The translations under genes were made by a program, and so were the position numbers. This document shows, piece by piece, positions 49,221 to 61,040 of a stretch of 64,000 bases of DNA. The first letter of the stretch is position 1. Every line of letters begins with the position of its first letter. The notes beneath the pieces were generated by a model, which saw nothing but the letters and a program-made list of their open reading frames with translations, did not search any database and had not been told where the DNA came from. Source of the DNA: Camelus dromedarius (lineage: Eukaryota); contig NC_087438.1 in the NCBI RefSeq assembly GCF_036321535.1, forward strand, positions 5,520,001-5,584,000, given 5' to 3'.

Positions 49221-49924
49221 ACTCTGCAACCAGACAGAAAGAACTCTTCCAAATTAGATGAAAAGACAAAACTATAGTTAGAATAAAAGGGCAAACCACA
49301 CAAATAGGAAATACTTAAAAGATGAAATTTTAATGGTGCTATTTAAAATTTATCAGATTAGAGAACTTTATAAAAAAAATGGGAGCAGCATTGGCAGGAG
49401 ACGATGAAATTGGCACCTCCATTTTGTGGACGGGAGTTTAAATGACAGGGACTTCACGTGGGGCTCTTACATCTCTTGTTGTGTGCCTGTCTTCTCACCC
49501 AGAAAAGCTGGCCAGGCGCTCTGAGATATAGAAGAAAAGAGATGTTGTTTATTCTGTAGGGAATTATCCTATCTGTCCACAGTAAAAAAATCGGTTGAGT
49601 AAATTACTGGATTGGATGTCATCACAGTGAGTGGTAACTCAATCATATCTACCATATCTATCTATCTATCCCTGTCTAGCCAGCCATCCAAGCACATCAG
49701 GGATGTGGTTAGCCCTCCACCCCATACCCGGAGCTCCTGGTGCCATGGGGGTGTTGTTCTGTGGACTAACGAGGGAGCATCTGGTTGGTCCCTCTCTACC
49801 TGGTGCCTTGGCATGCAAACGCCCAGAGCTGTGGGGCCAGAGCTTTGGGAGCTGCACCCCAAAGAGCTAGCACTAAGTTTCCACCTGGCTGGCTAGTTGG
49901 TAATTCAGAGTCTACACTAAGTGG

Positions 49925-51180
49925 AGTTACAGAAAATAAAGGTAGGGTTGGCACATAGGAATCTGTGGACTGAGATTCAGAGCGGCTCTCACAGAGCAGG
50001 GGCATCACCTGGATGGTGGGATGTGGCCATTCGGAACATGCTGCATCTGTAACTGCAGGAGCAGCCCAAGCTGGCCTTATCCTGTTTCTGACCAGATACT
50101 GGGTTGTTTTTAGAGACAATGGAGTGAAACCATAAGTCATGGAACAAAAGCAGGTACAGAGGGAAAAGATTTTGACCTCAAATAACACCTGGAACTGAGG
50201 TTTCTCCTCCTTCATGGAACCAAAGGACCAGGAAGTGACTGGAACTTGAACACCAGAGCCCTTTCAGAAGTGAGGGGTCCTTTGTCCACGAAGATCTGGT
50301 GCTGAAGCCCCTTTACTATATGTCACCAGAAGTGGCCAAATTCCAGTATATTCAGAGAAAGCTCTAATTTGAAAACAGACACACACCCCAATGTTCATAG
50401 CAGCACTATTTACAATACCCAAGACATGGAAGCCACCTAAACGTCCATCCACAGATGACTGGATAAAGAAGATGTGGTGTATGTACACAGTGGAATTCCA
50501 CCCGGCCATGAAAAGAAATGAAATAACGCCATTTGCAGCAACATGGATGGACCTAGAGATGATCATACTAACTGAAGTAAGTCAGTCAAAGACAAATATA
50601 TGATATCACTTATATGTGGAATCTAAAAAAAATGACACAAATGAACTTATTAACAAAACAGGAAGAGACTCACAGACATAGAAAACAAACTTACGGTTAC
50701 TGGGGGTGTAGGGAGAGGGAGGGATAAATCAGAAGTTTGGGGTTGGTAGATAAAACTACTTTGTACAGAACAGATAAACAACAATGTCCTACTATATAGC
50801 TCAGGGAAATACATTCAATGGCTTGTTACCCTGTAATGAAAAAGAATATGTATATCAATGTATGACCGCATCCCTATGCTGTACACCAGAAACGAATACA
50901 ACATTGTAGATCAACTATACTTCAATTAAAGCAAAAAAGTAGCCAAAATCCAAAGTCCTGTGGCGGAAACCTACCCTACCAGCACGTCCGTATACCAACC
51001 CTCCTCCCCTAACTCCTGAAAGTTAGACTGAACCTCAGATCAGGGGGAGACGGATCTGAGCCCTCCCTCCTATTTCCTTGCTGGCCAACCTCAAAATAAA
51101 GCATTTTCTTTTTCTGAAAAGCCAGTGCCATAGTGTTGGCTTCCGTGTTCCTGGGGCCGTGAGCGCCTGGCTCGGGAACA
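49925..51180 (+). mobile_element. ERV1-type LTR interrupted by an L1 (5' boundary uncertain)
   Basis: The 3' part has the LTR-like R/U5 sequence ggagacggatctgagc...aataaagc...ttggcttc and ends aaca. Confidence 0.45.
50346..50936 (+). mobile_element. L1 3' fragment (older family) with a 16-bp TSD
   Basis: ORF2p C-terminus MFIAALFTIPKTWK...FAATWMDLE. TSD aagtggccaaattcca (50330-50345) and aagtagccaaaatcca (50937-50952). Confidence 0.92.
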
Positions 51181-53576
51181 CATCTGTAAGAAAAAGGACT
51201 TCTAGGTGTCACTCTGGTTACACCAGCAGTTTCTGGAACAGCCATTGATGTTGCTGTGAAGGAGCATCTTCTGTTTTCCTCAGCACAATTCTGAAACAGC
51301 ATACCCCTCAACTTACAAGCCATTTTCACCAAATAGCTGCTGTTCACGCTTTTAATCATGTTTGATATTTTGAGCCCCATTCTCACTGTGTTTCAAGTGA
51401 TTCCTAAACTCATCACCAGAGCCTATGCCTTTTGGGGATAATAGGAGCTATTTCAACGGATAGATTATTGTTAACCGTGTACTTGGCAACGGCCGAACCG
51501 CTTTGCTAAGAACAATTCAGAGTAGAGGGAGAAGGGGGAGTCGCTCTGAGTCAAGGCAGGACTAATCTAACATTATCCATCTAGCGGGGTTGCTTTAAGC
51601 GGACGAACCAACAGCAAAAACGCACGTTAACTATGAAGAGTTAGCTTAGTTTGGTTTCAGGATGTTAATATCTGGTTCTGTTGGCAAGATTCTACAACCC
51701 CAATTTATGCCAAATTCTTCTGTATTAGTGAAAAACCATAAAATAAACAAAATGTAAAAAGATTTCATAGCTGAAATGTATTACAACTGGGTTGAAAATA
51801 TATGAAAAAATGGCCAATTAAATCACTGGAACAATCCGGATATGAAAGAGGCAAGAAAAAAAAGGATCATTTGTACAAAAAATTCAGTGATGATTATGTA
51901 AGGGCTATTACATAATGGACATCACCTTATAATGCAGAGAGCTCGCATGCATGACCTCAGGTTCACCTTGGCGTTGGGTTTTCAACCTTAAAATAGAACT
52001 ACATGAGAACTATCAATTTTCAGATATAAAAATATGTTTATTTAATGCTCAGCATGATTTCTAGATTTTCCAGCATTGGTGATAAAATTAAATAACACTT
52101 ATTTCCAAGTTACCAGAGGAGAACCGTTAGAAATTTGGGTTTGAAAATCTGAAGAAATGCTTCTTCTCCAACATGAAAGTTTTTCAGAGGCACAGGATGT
52201 TAAAAGTTAGGACCCTCTGCCCAAATAAACGGCAAAACTTTCTAATCATTTAAGGGGAAAACACTTCACTTCACAAATAATGCCTCTCGGATACAAGGCA
52301 GTGAGTCTTCTATTCTCATGCCATCTTTTTCTGAGGAGCATGAAACCAGATAACATGTTTTCATTAATCCTCACAGCTTCTGTGAGAGAATTTTGAGAAG
52401 CGTTGTCATCCTTTGTTGGCTGAGGGAACAAGAGGAACCAAGGTCACATAATATCTTGTGCCACGAATGCTGAAATTGTGGGAAAGCAGAGGGCGATAGA
52501 AACAAAACAAGTCCACCGCATAGCTCCCTTCTACCCTTACCTTCACTTAGAAAAGTTCTAATAGCTTATTCATACTAAAGTGTAATTGAATGATAAAAGG
52601 ACTTCTGACCTGTCTCTACAGCAGTATGTTCCGAGTAGTAGAAACCAAGAAATCTAATCTCCTAATTTTTAAAAGGTAAACACAATTATTCAGAAGGTAC
52701 AGGAAGCCATTGGAAAAAGATGGTTAAACTCCATCAATTTTTCTTGAAGGTAATTCAAGGGAAATTTTCTGGTTACTCAAAAATATTATTTGAATAAAAA
52801 ATACTATGACACTTGGTAATGTAAAAATGGATACACCATTTATAGGTAAAATATAAGGACTCACATATGGATTTCAGTTTTTCTGAAACTCCGTCACTGC
52901 CCCCAGATCTCGGTTTCCCATGCCTCTCTCTTCTGCCCTGAGGAGTGGTCACGGGGAAGAGTCTGAGAAACACTGTGGTCAGACAGACAGATCTTGCTCT
53001 TGCTGAGACTGACCAGAAGTGGGAAAGTGTTGATTTTTTTAAACAGGTGGGACAGGAGATGAGGCTCTGGGTGGCATGTAGCCACTCCACATTGTCAGCT
53101 GTCAACAGACCACTTGGGGGAACATGAAAATACGCGAGTCGCCCCCACCCCACAGTGACTGTGCCATAGAAGTGCCAAGGGCAGGAGGCATCCTTGCCTC
53201 CGAGCCATCAAGACCAGCAGGCGCACTCTCAGAAGCGCTAGGTCTTAGGGTCCAGGATGTCGTATGGCTCATACACGCTTAACAACAGCTCTGCTGCAGG
53301 GAAACAAGTGTTTGAAGGAGAATCTTTGCTTAATGAAGACAGCTTAGAAAGCTTATGTTGTTACAAGATAAGCATCCATTGTCTCTTTGTTCAAATGGAG
53401 AACAGATACCTTAGACAAAATAGCTAAAAAAAATGAGAAAAAAAAAACCCCACCAGGGAACAATCAGTGGTTTAATTGCAGTGAGTGTCTGCCACAAACG
53501 GGAGGTGAGTGCTGCGGGGGTCAGGACGAAGCCGAGCTTGCTCTCATGATCTCCTCCTCCTGTGCTGACTGGCGGG

Positions 53577-53908
53577 CAGGACCCAGGTCCTTGGCTGTGT
53601 GACGGGTGCAATTGAACACGGCCCCACGTTCAGAGGGTTCCCGCATTGGTTTAAGGTTCTGCCATCACTACCTTGAAAATTTTAATCATTTTTTGGGGGG
53701 AGATTATAGCTCAGTGGTAGAGTGCATGCTTAGCACGCATGAGGCTCTGGATTCAATCCCCAGTACCTGCATTAAAATAAATAAATAAACTTAATTACCC
53801 CCCAAACAAACAAAAACAATCAATAAATTTTTAAAATTAATCATTTTTGAACGAGGGACCCCAACTTCCATTGTGCACCTGACCCCACAAAGTATGAAGT
53901 TGATCCTG
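53577..53908. mobile_element. MER91A-like DNA transposon interrupted by a SINE
   Basis: cagg...ggccccacgttcagaggg...ttggtttaa...cttgaaa | tttttgaacgagggacccc...gatcctg. Confidence 0.65.
53694..53836 (+). mobile_element. tRNA-Ala-derived SINE (Vic-1-like) with a 12-bp TSD
   Basis: tatagctcagtggtagagtgcatgcttagcacgcatgagg...ttcaatccccagtacc. TSD ttaatcattttt at 53682-53693 and 53837-53848. Confidence 0.9.
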
Positions 53909-56150
53909 CTGGTGGGAAAGAGATTGATAGAAAAACAGAAGGTCTGAAAAGCGAAGGCAGACCGAGCTTTTCACGGCTGGTTTTTGCAGCGCTGCAGCTG
54001 GGAGTCCGTGGGTCTCCTTTATCCCTCACTCCTGCTTCTTGGAGCCCTAATCATCTGTGCGGAAGCCCCAGCTGGTGAAGGGCATTCTGCTCCTTAGGCG
54101 GCATTCGGGCAGCAAGTTCCTGAAAGCTGATGGTTTAGCACACAATCTCTAAATGCATGCAGCACTGCATTTGTTTAAAACATACTTAGCGTAAGTCTGC
54201 TGCTGTGGTCTAGGGGCAGGAAGCTGGCTGTCATGGGAACGTGGCTGCCTAGAGAGGAAATGCAAGCATGACTCTTCCCTGCTCAGAGCCCAGCAGCAGT
54301 GCTCCACGTGGTTTTTTCATCACTCTCCAAAGAAGGTGAACATTCAGGTAATGCTTGGATACTGCAGTCTGCTAGTAACGCTGCAAAGGTCTCATCGCCC
54401 ATCAGCTTACGTGGCCACTTCCTGTGTCAGATTCACAGAGAAGAGTGAGGGGTGAGAGCCCCCCCGGCCCCGCCCCAGATCTGAGCATCAGCTGTGTGGG
54501 GGGAGGTGAGGCTGTCAGGCAGTGGTGTACAAGCCCCCTCCCCTTTCATCCTCAGCTCCGGTGCTGGGAAACATGGAAAACTGAAGGATGAACGGGGCTC
54601 AGTGAAGCTGAAATCAAAAACTGTATTTTGCCAAGTCCCATTGCTGATTTTAGTCATGAATTTTGTCTCCACAGCAGCCTGTTTTACTTAGCTACAGCTG
54701 GGGATAGAGGAGAGTGGCGGAGCAGGGATACATGAATTGTTGGTGGCTTGTGACCTGCGAGGAGATGAGCTGGAGTCAGGAAACCGGGAAGCTCCCCCTT
54801 CTCCCGGGATACCTGCTGCGAGAAGACCCTGCCCAGGGGAGGCGGGCGTCAGTAGGTGCAGGGTACCACGGCGTGAGAGCTCCATCCCGCACGGAGCAAA
54901 GATGCAGGTGAAGGCGAAGGGGGGAGAAAAACAGCAGCAAAACTCAGAAAGGATTCAGTAACCTGCCAGCATAATTGTTCCGGCAGCAGCTTAAACATAG
55001 AGTCCTGGTGTCCCCTAGGGACAGGAAATCTTATCTTCCAGAGAGGAATTTACGAAGGGTGTCACAAAATCTGCCAGGTCAGAGTTAACAAAGCTGGGAA
55101 GGGACATTATAATACATTTTGAGGGTAAGTGTTTCAACAGATGATGCGGGATCCCATTTCCTATGGCCGAAAAAGTGAAGGAAAACTAATGACCATGAAC
55201 GTTTTCTTTTACAATAGAAAAACATAACACTTAAAGTGTTTTAAAATAAAGAGTTATTATTCAAATTGGTCTTTCATATCTCGTAGGCAAAAACAGGAAA
55301 TGTGTTCTCTTGCATAAAAGTGATGAAAACCACAGAGAAGAGCGAGAATGTAGTAAGTCGACAACCATCCGTGGAGAGTGAGGAATGGGAGCCTTGAAAC
55401 GAGACCCTGGGAGTACCAGGGGGCTGGGAGAGCCAACTTCAGGACATAAGAGGCTGTGAAAGGGAGACCCACTAAAATACGCCCATGGCTGGATTTTGCA
55501 GCAAGTTCCTTATTTGGAACATCCCTGATATTGAAATATTTTCTTTCTTCTTCTTCTTTCTTAATTGAAGTCCCGTCAGTTACAATGGCCCATGAGGGAT
55601 TTGTGTGGCCGTGGTCCTGCTCACTGTGACACGAACTGTAATGAGCACAGACAGTTTCCTAATGAGTCCGATCACTAAAGGAGACTCATGTTGATTCTCA
55701 GTTGCACATTCTCAGAGTCCACTTCCTGGCACCTGTCCATCCACGCGGAGCTGAGAAGAGTTGAGCTCCCAGTCCACAGTGCTGTGCCGTCTGCATTTAG
55801 CTGGGATTCTATAGCCACTGAGAGCAGTTGGCATGTGCAAGAGGAACTTTGCCCTGAACTTTGAGGCAGATGGGCCCTAACTGTAACTCCAGGGCGCTGA
55901 GAACACCTGTCTTTCCCAGAGGCTCAAAGGTATGCCTGGTTTAGTGAGGTCTTTGACACTCTCTGAAGATTCATCTTATTTTTCTGATGGACTAACCACA
56001 AATGCCAGAGAACACATGGTGCCTCAGGAAGTAGCCTTGCATTGTGTGGCCTGATCGCATACCAGTGAGGCACGGGAGCAAAGATGAGGGCCGTATCTTG
56101 CTAATGACAGTCCTTAGAGATGAATTAAGACTTTCACGCTTCAGGGAAGA

Positions 56151-56556
56151 TGTTACGGGTTGAACTGTGTTCCCATCAGAAACATATATCCCAGTATCTC
56201 AGAAAGTGACCTTATTTGGAGGGAGGGACTTTACGGATGTAACCGAGTTAAAATGAGGTCGTTAGGGTGGACCCCAATCCAGCATGACTGTTGTTCTCGT
56301 AAAAAGAGGGAATCTGCACACAGAGACAAATTCACAGAGGGAAGACTCTGGGAAGAGATGCAGGAAGGAGGCAGTCTTTTACAAACTAAGGAGAGATGCC
56401 TGGAACAGATCCTTCCTCAGAGTCGTCAGAAGGAACCAGCCTTGCCAGCACCTTGGTTTCAGACTCGCAGCCTCCAGCACAGTGAGACAGTGAGTGCCTG
56501 TTGTGTGAGCGCTCAGTCTGGGGTACTTTTCATAGTGGCCCCAGCAGACTGATGCA
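56151..56556 (+). mobile_element. MLT1B-like full-length solo LTR
   Basis: tgttacgggttgaactgtgt...gactgatgca with a 5-bp flank gaaga/gaagg. Confidence 0.88.
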
Positions 56557-57454
56557 GAAGGAGGACAATTTATCGAGAACTTGGAGAACTTGGGCCTGAA
56601 AGGAACCAGCTTGTCTCCAACAGGTGGGATTTTAGCTCTGGTTTACCCAATAAGAGAATGTATTTTTTTAGTATAAAAACTGTCCTTTTGTTGCTTCCCA
56701 AGGCTGTATCTCTACTTTGCCCATTGTTTTGATTTTTTAAAAAAGCAGGCTAGGCTCTCGGATGTATGGATTCCCCCAAACAGAAAGGTAGGGGGTCTGT
56801 GTTCAGAAACATTATGAATTGACTTCTTGGCACCAATCTCTCAAATGATGAAAATGTCTAGTGAAACTACAATTTGAAGAATCAATGATCACTCGAGTTG
56901 TTTACATCATCTATTTTTGTTAGCTTTCCTCTTTCTCTCTCATGTTTATCCTTTAATTCGGCTTCCTTAGCGATGGGTAACTAATTGTTCAACATAGGGC
57001 CCTGTGGAGAGGAGTACGGTGTTTATTCCGACGGAGTCTGCAGATGTGGAACACGATAATTGAACATTGTTAGTGGTTATTTATTAAAGAACATGCCTTT
57101 AATTTAGAGGCTTTTGATTACGACAGCTCACTTAGCAAAGTGTCACAGAGCTTAACTCATTCGCCTTATTTAGAAAGAAAATCCAAAATGTCTAAGTTGG
57201 TTAAGCCTCGATTTAAAAGTCTAGACAAAAACATCAGTAGGAGAAAGCAAAACGCAAAGCATCCAGTTCGTTTACCTGACAAATGCTAACTTGGTCTTTA
57301 CTCAACGCCCAGAGTTTAAGGGAAATTTCCCAAAGGCAGCCGGCTGCGTTATTCGGAAGTTCTAATTTTTATGTTGTTCTTTCTTACATTGAGGGAAACT
57401 CTGCCTCTCTGAAATGTCGTGTAGTTCTTGTGGCTCACCCCTTGTCACTTCCTG

Positions 57455-57943
57455 TGAGACGGGCTGGGCCCTGGGCCCTGGGCCCTTTGCTCAGGCTGGG
57501 ACCTGGGACCCTGGGCTGCAGTGTGTGCACTGGGGCCCAACGACAGAACACGAAGAAGCTAGCAAGGACTGTGCACAACTGTGTGCATGCCAAGTGGGGG
57601 CAAGCTATGAGCAATGAGACGCAAAAAGACCAGAAACCCAGCTGCCGCTTCACAGGTGTCGGGAGCAGAAGCGGGGCCCTGTGTGCGGTCCCTGCACACA
57701 GCAGCCCCGAGGCGATGGGCAGACCGCCTTAGACACCCTCCTGCCAGACCCCTGGACGCGCCCACCCTCACCCCTTTTAAGGGACCAGCTCTCCCCTCTC
57801 AGAGCGAGCAAGGGAACCTGTCGCCTGTTTTCGCCCCCTCGTGCTGCAGCACGAGTCCCAGTAAAGCCTTGCCTGTGTTTCTCAACCGGCCTCTTCTCCG
57901 TTTCTATTGCTTAAGGAGGCCGAGAGCCCCGGGGGGGGCGATA
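57455..57943 (+). mobile_element. CpG-rich artiodactyl ERV1-type solo LTR
   Basis: Starts tgagacgggctggg. R/U5-like gagcaagggaacctg...agtaaagccttgcctg...tttctattg. Confidence 0.6.
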
Positions 57944-58349
57944 TGCGTGTATGGTACATATCATACGTGTCACGGAGAGCCTCATTTCATGCCACCACCT
58001 GCTGGAAACTTGGAGTCAGCAGGCCTCCTCCACGTCTGCTCCTCAGCCCAGACGAGCTGTGCCCCATGACCTCTCCCCCGTGGCAGCGCTCTCCGGGCCG
58101 CCAGGGCCGCCTGCTGGGAACACTTCTCAGGGTGTGTCCCTCGGCAGGGCAGGGCCCAGGCGCAGGATGCGGGGTTCTGACCGTGCTCTAGAGTGGATGG
58201 TGACTGTCCCCCATCAGAGGTGGATGCTGAGTTTGCACTGAGGCCACATCTGCATGGGGAGGTGGGTCAGTGTCCCCAGACAGCTGCAGGCTTTCGTATT
58301 CTGCGGATGGGCACACAGTTTAGAATATAGTCAACTAGCAGTTGTAGAA

Positions 58350-58572
58350 CAGGGTAGGCAAACTGTAGCCCGAAGGCCAAGTCCGGCCCCCCATCTTTTT
58401 TTGTAAATAAAGATTTATTGGAACTCACCCACATTCACTTGTTTATGGAGTGTCTCTGGCTGCTTTCACGCAACACCAGAAGGGCTGAAAAGCTGCAATG
58501 GGGACCACATAGCCTGCAAATCCTAAATTATTTTACCCACTGGTCCTTACAAAACAAATTTGGCAACCTCTC
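58350..58572. mobile_element. MER58A-like hAT MITE
   Basis: cagggtaggcaaactgtagccc...tttgtaaataaagatttattggaac...tttggcaacctct. Confidence 0.8.
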
Positions 58573-58789
58573 GTTATAAGTTTACAAGAAATATCAGTTT
58601 TTAATATAAATATCAGTTTTTGTATGTTTTCTCCCACATATCTGGCAGTTTTATTAACTCCCTCCAAAATTATAGTTACACAAATCGTAACATCTTTGAG
58701 ACCTCGGGGGCCTAGAAATAATCTATTCTAATGCCCATGCCAAAACATAACTTTGAAATATTTAAAAAAATGTGCATTTATTCACTAAT

Positions 58790-58975
58790 TCCCTTTCCAG
58801 AATCTATGCGGCATTAGTGATTTGCCCTGAAGGAACAGGATGTGATGGTAGGACATTCCAGACTTCTAAGATTAGGTCATACAGGTGGATACAGCTTCAC
58901 CTGGCGCTCAGTCTTGGGGTCCTCAGAACCGAGCCGCCCTGTTGTGAGGAAGCCCAGACCACAAGGAGAGGCAGA
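58790..58975 (+). mobile_element. MLT1F/G-like LTR fragment
   Basis: gacttctaagattaggtcata...agccgccctgttgtgaggaagcccagaccaca. Confidence 0.55.
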
Positions 58976-59593
58976 AAGAAAATGGGCATTTATTCAAATG
59001 AACTCTGACTCCATCAAAGGGAGGTGTGTTTTGTAGTCTGGAGGAAGCCAAGAGAAATCACCCTGTGACTCTGTGATGCAGGGGAAGGTGTTCCTCCAGT
59101 GTCTTCCGTGGTGGATGGTGACCTGTTGTAAACATCCTCTGGGAGGGGTCCCACTCCTGGGCTCCCCACCGCCCTCCTCTTGTGTCGTCCTCATCAATGG
59201 CTCTCGGCTGTGGGGGCAGAGTTGTTCCCAGGGAACACTAATTTCAGTGCTTTAGTTTTGGTCTCACTGGCACAGACCTCACAAGGGTTCTCATTTTGTA
59301 CTTCATTCTGAGCCTGTTAGGAGCACAGAGTTTGGAGTTAAGATGCTATGACAGGCAGTTTCACAAGCTCTCTTGGAAGCAGCTTATTAAAAGCCTAACC
59401 ATTAGTCTGGTTTTATAAACCTGAGTGTGTCTTCCACCTCGATATTTTTATTCCTATAATTAAGTTGTTTCCTGTGAAATGCTTTATGTAACAGATTAAA
59501 TGTGTGAAAAGAGAAAGCAGAGAAATAGAAATTGATATTTAAAATGTTACATCTTGCATTTTTTAAAAAACTAATATTGGTCTCTATGTTCAG

Positions 59594-59694
59594 AGCTGCA
59601 GATGGAGATTACGAGGATTTGCCTGGCTCTCCAGAGTCACCCGCGTGCTGTAGTGACCCATGCGACATTGCTCTGGGATGTACTCAGCGAATTG
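59594..59694 (+). other. Candidate internal exon (101 bp), product unknown
   Basis: Branch-like ctaat at 59571-59575, acceptor ttcag, donor ttg|gtgagg. GC- and CpG-richer than its flanks; two reading frames are open. Confidence 0.3.
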
Positions 59695-60569
59695 GTGAGG
59701 GGGGAATGCACGGTGCAATGAGTTTTAAAATAGGTCTTGCTGAAGGGATATTCTGACACTTCTAGCACTGCGCACATTTCTCTCCTGTATGATAATTGCA
59801 AGTTCATACAAACACATGGACTCACAGCCCTCGACAGCTGTGGGAACACAGGGCTGGGTGATTGGCTGCTCGGTTATCAAACTGGTTTTGGAAAGCCAAA
59901 CAGAAGACGCATAAAAATGAATTGCAGTCAAAATACACACAAGAAGATAAACATTTTTTGAAATCACTATTTCTCAGTGAAGGGAGTTCGTGAGGCCATG
60001 AGGCTGGTTTCATCAGCTGCCTGCCCCTCCCTGGTCGGTAGGTTCCCCACCCCATCACTCTGGAGCAGGGAACCTGCATACGACGTGCAGTAATTATTTG
60101 TTTACCTTTTTGCTCTGCGTTTGACTGTTTGCTTCTTAGAGGCATAAACCAAGTCATTTCAGTACTATGATTTTTCCATCCTTAGTATACGCTCAACCTT
60201 TCTCTGGAGGAATAAAGGAGAGTTACTGACCCAGGGTAGGTTCTAAAAAACGTTTGTTAATTAAGTGAATGGGTGAGTGGAGGAATGAATGGGTGAACTG
60301 ATGGTTTTATCAACTTTCTCATGATGTCCAAGGTGCTGATAATACTTTTCACATTCCATAGCCTTTTCTATTCCTGCTATCTTTAGGGTATTTTTGTACC
60401 CTGATCTTTAAGTGTGTTTATTAATAACATTAAATTCTGGGAATGCTTTTGCTTTAGATATAATACCTGGGCAATATTCAGGGGAGAGGGAGAGAAGAGG
60501 AGAAGGAGGAGGAGGAGGAGAAGGAAAAGATGATACAGGCATATGGAAGACGAGAGAAGATGCTAGTAT

Positions 60570-61040
60570 GTATTTCTCATTGGAACCCAAAGGAAATAGA
60601 AACTCTAAGAATTTCAAAGAGAGTTTAATACAGGGAGATGTTTACAAAAGTGTTGGAAGAGTTGAGAATTTCAATAGGAGCCCACAGAGACAACTCAGAG
60701 ACGGGCCACAGCAGGTAGCTACTCCCCACCCAGGCTGGAGGGTCAAGACAGGAGGCAGTGCCCAGAGCCCAGGGGTGGGGTCGCCCAGTGGCAGGGCAAG
60801 CATGGGACTCTGTCTGGATCCACAGAGGAGACTCAGCCATTGCCAAAGACTCAAGCAATGATAGAGGCTGAAATGCCCTGGTTTCTCCCTTCCCTCAACC
60901 CTCCCCCTTCCTGCTGGAGCTCCCATTGGCAGGGTTCTGCCAGAACCAAGCTGTCATGGGAGAATGGAAAATGCAGCTTGTGGGGATGGACCTGGTGCTG
61001 GAGAACAGGGAGGGGAAAGGTGAAGAATGGGATAAAGACC
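60570..61040 (-). mobile_element. Very old MaLR-type LTR (MLT1N/L-like)
   Basis: gagagtttaatacaggga...tttacaaaagtg; ctcccattggc...gggagaatggaaaatgcag. Confidence 0.4.

Noticed and set aside
53694..53772. tRNA-Ala(AGC) gene (also at 12829, 17920 and 47117)
   Set aside because: Each has stem-breaking substitutions, the shared SINE tail and a TSD or nesting context, so they are SINEs.
278..61040. Strand bias of LTRs or L1s indicating a host gene orientation
   Set aside because: LTRs are split about evenly between strands and the L1 minus excess rests on too few elements.
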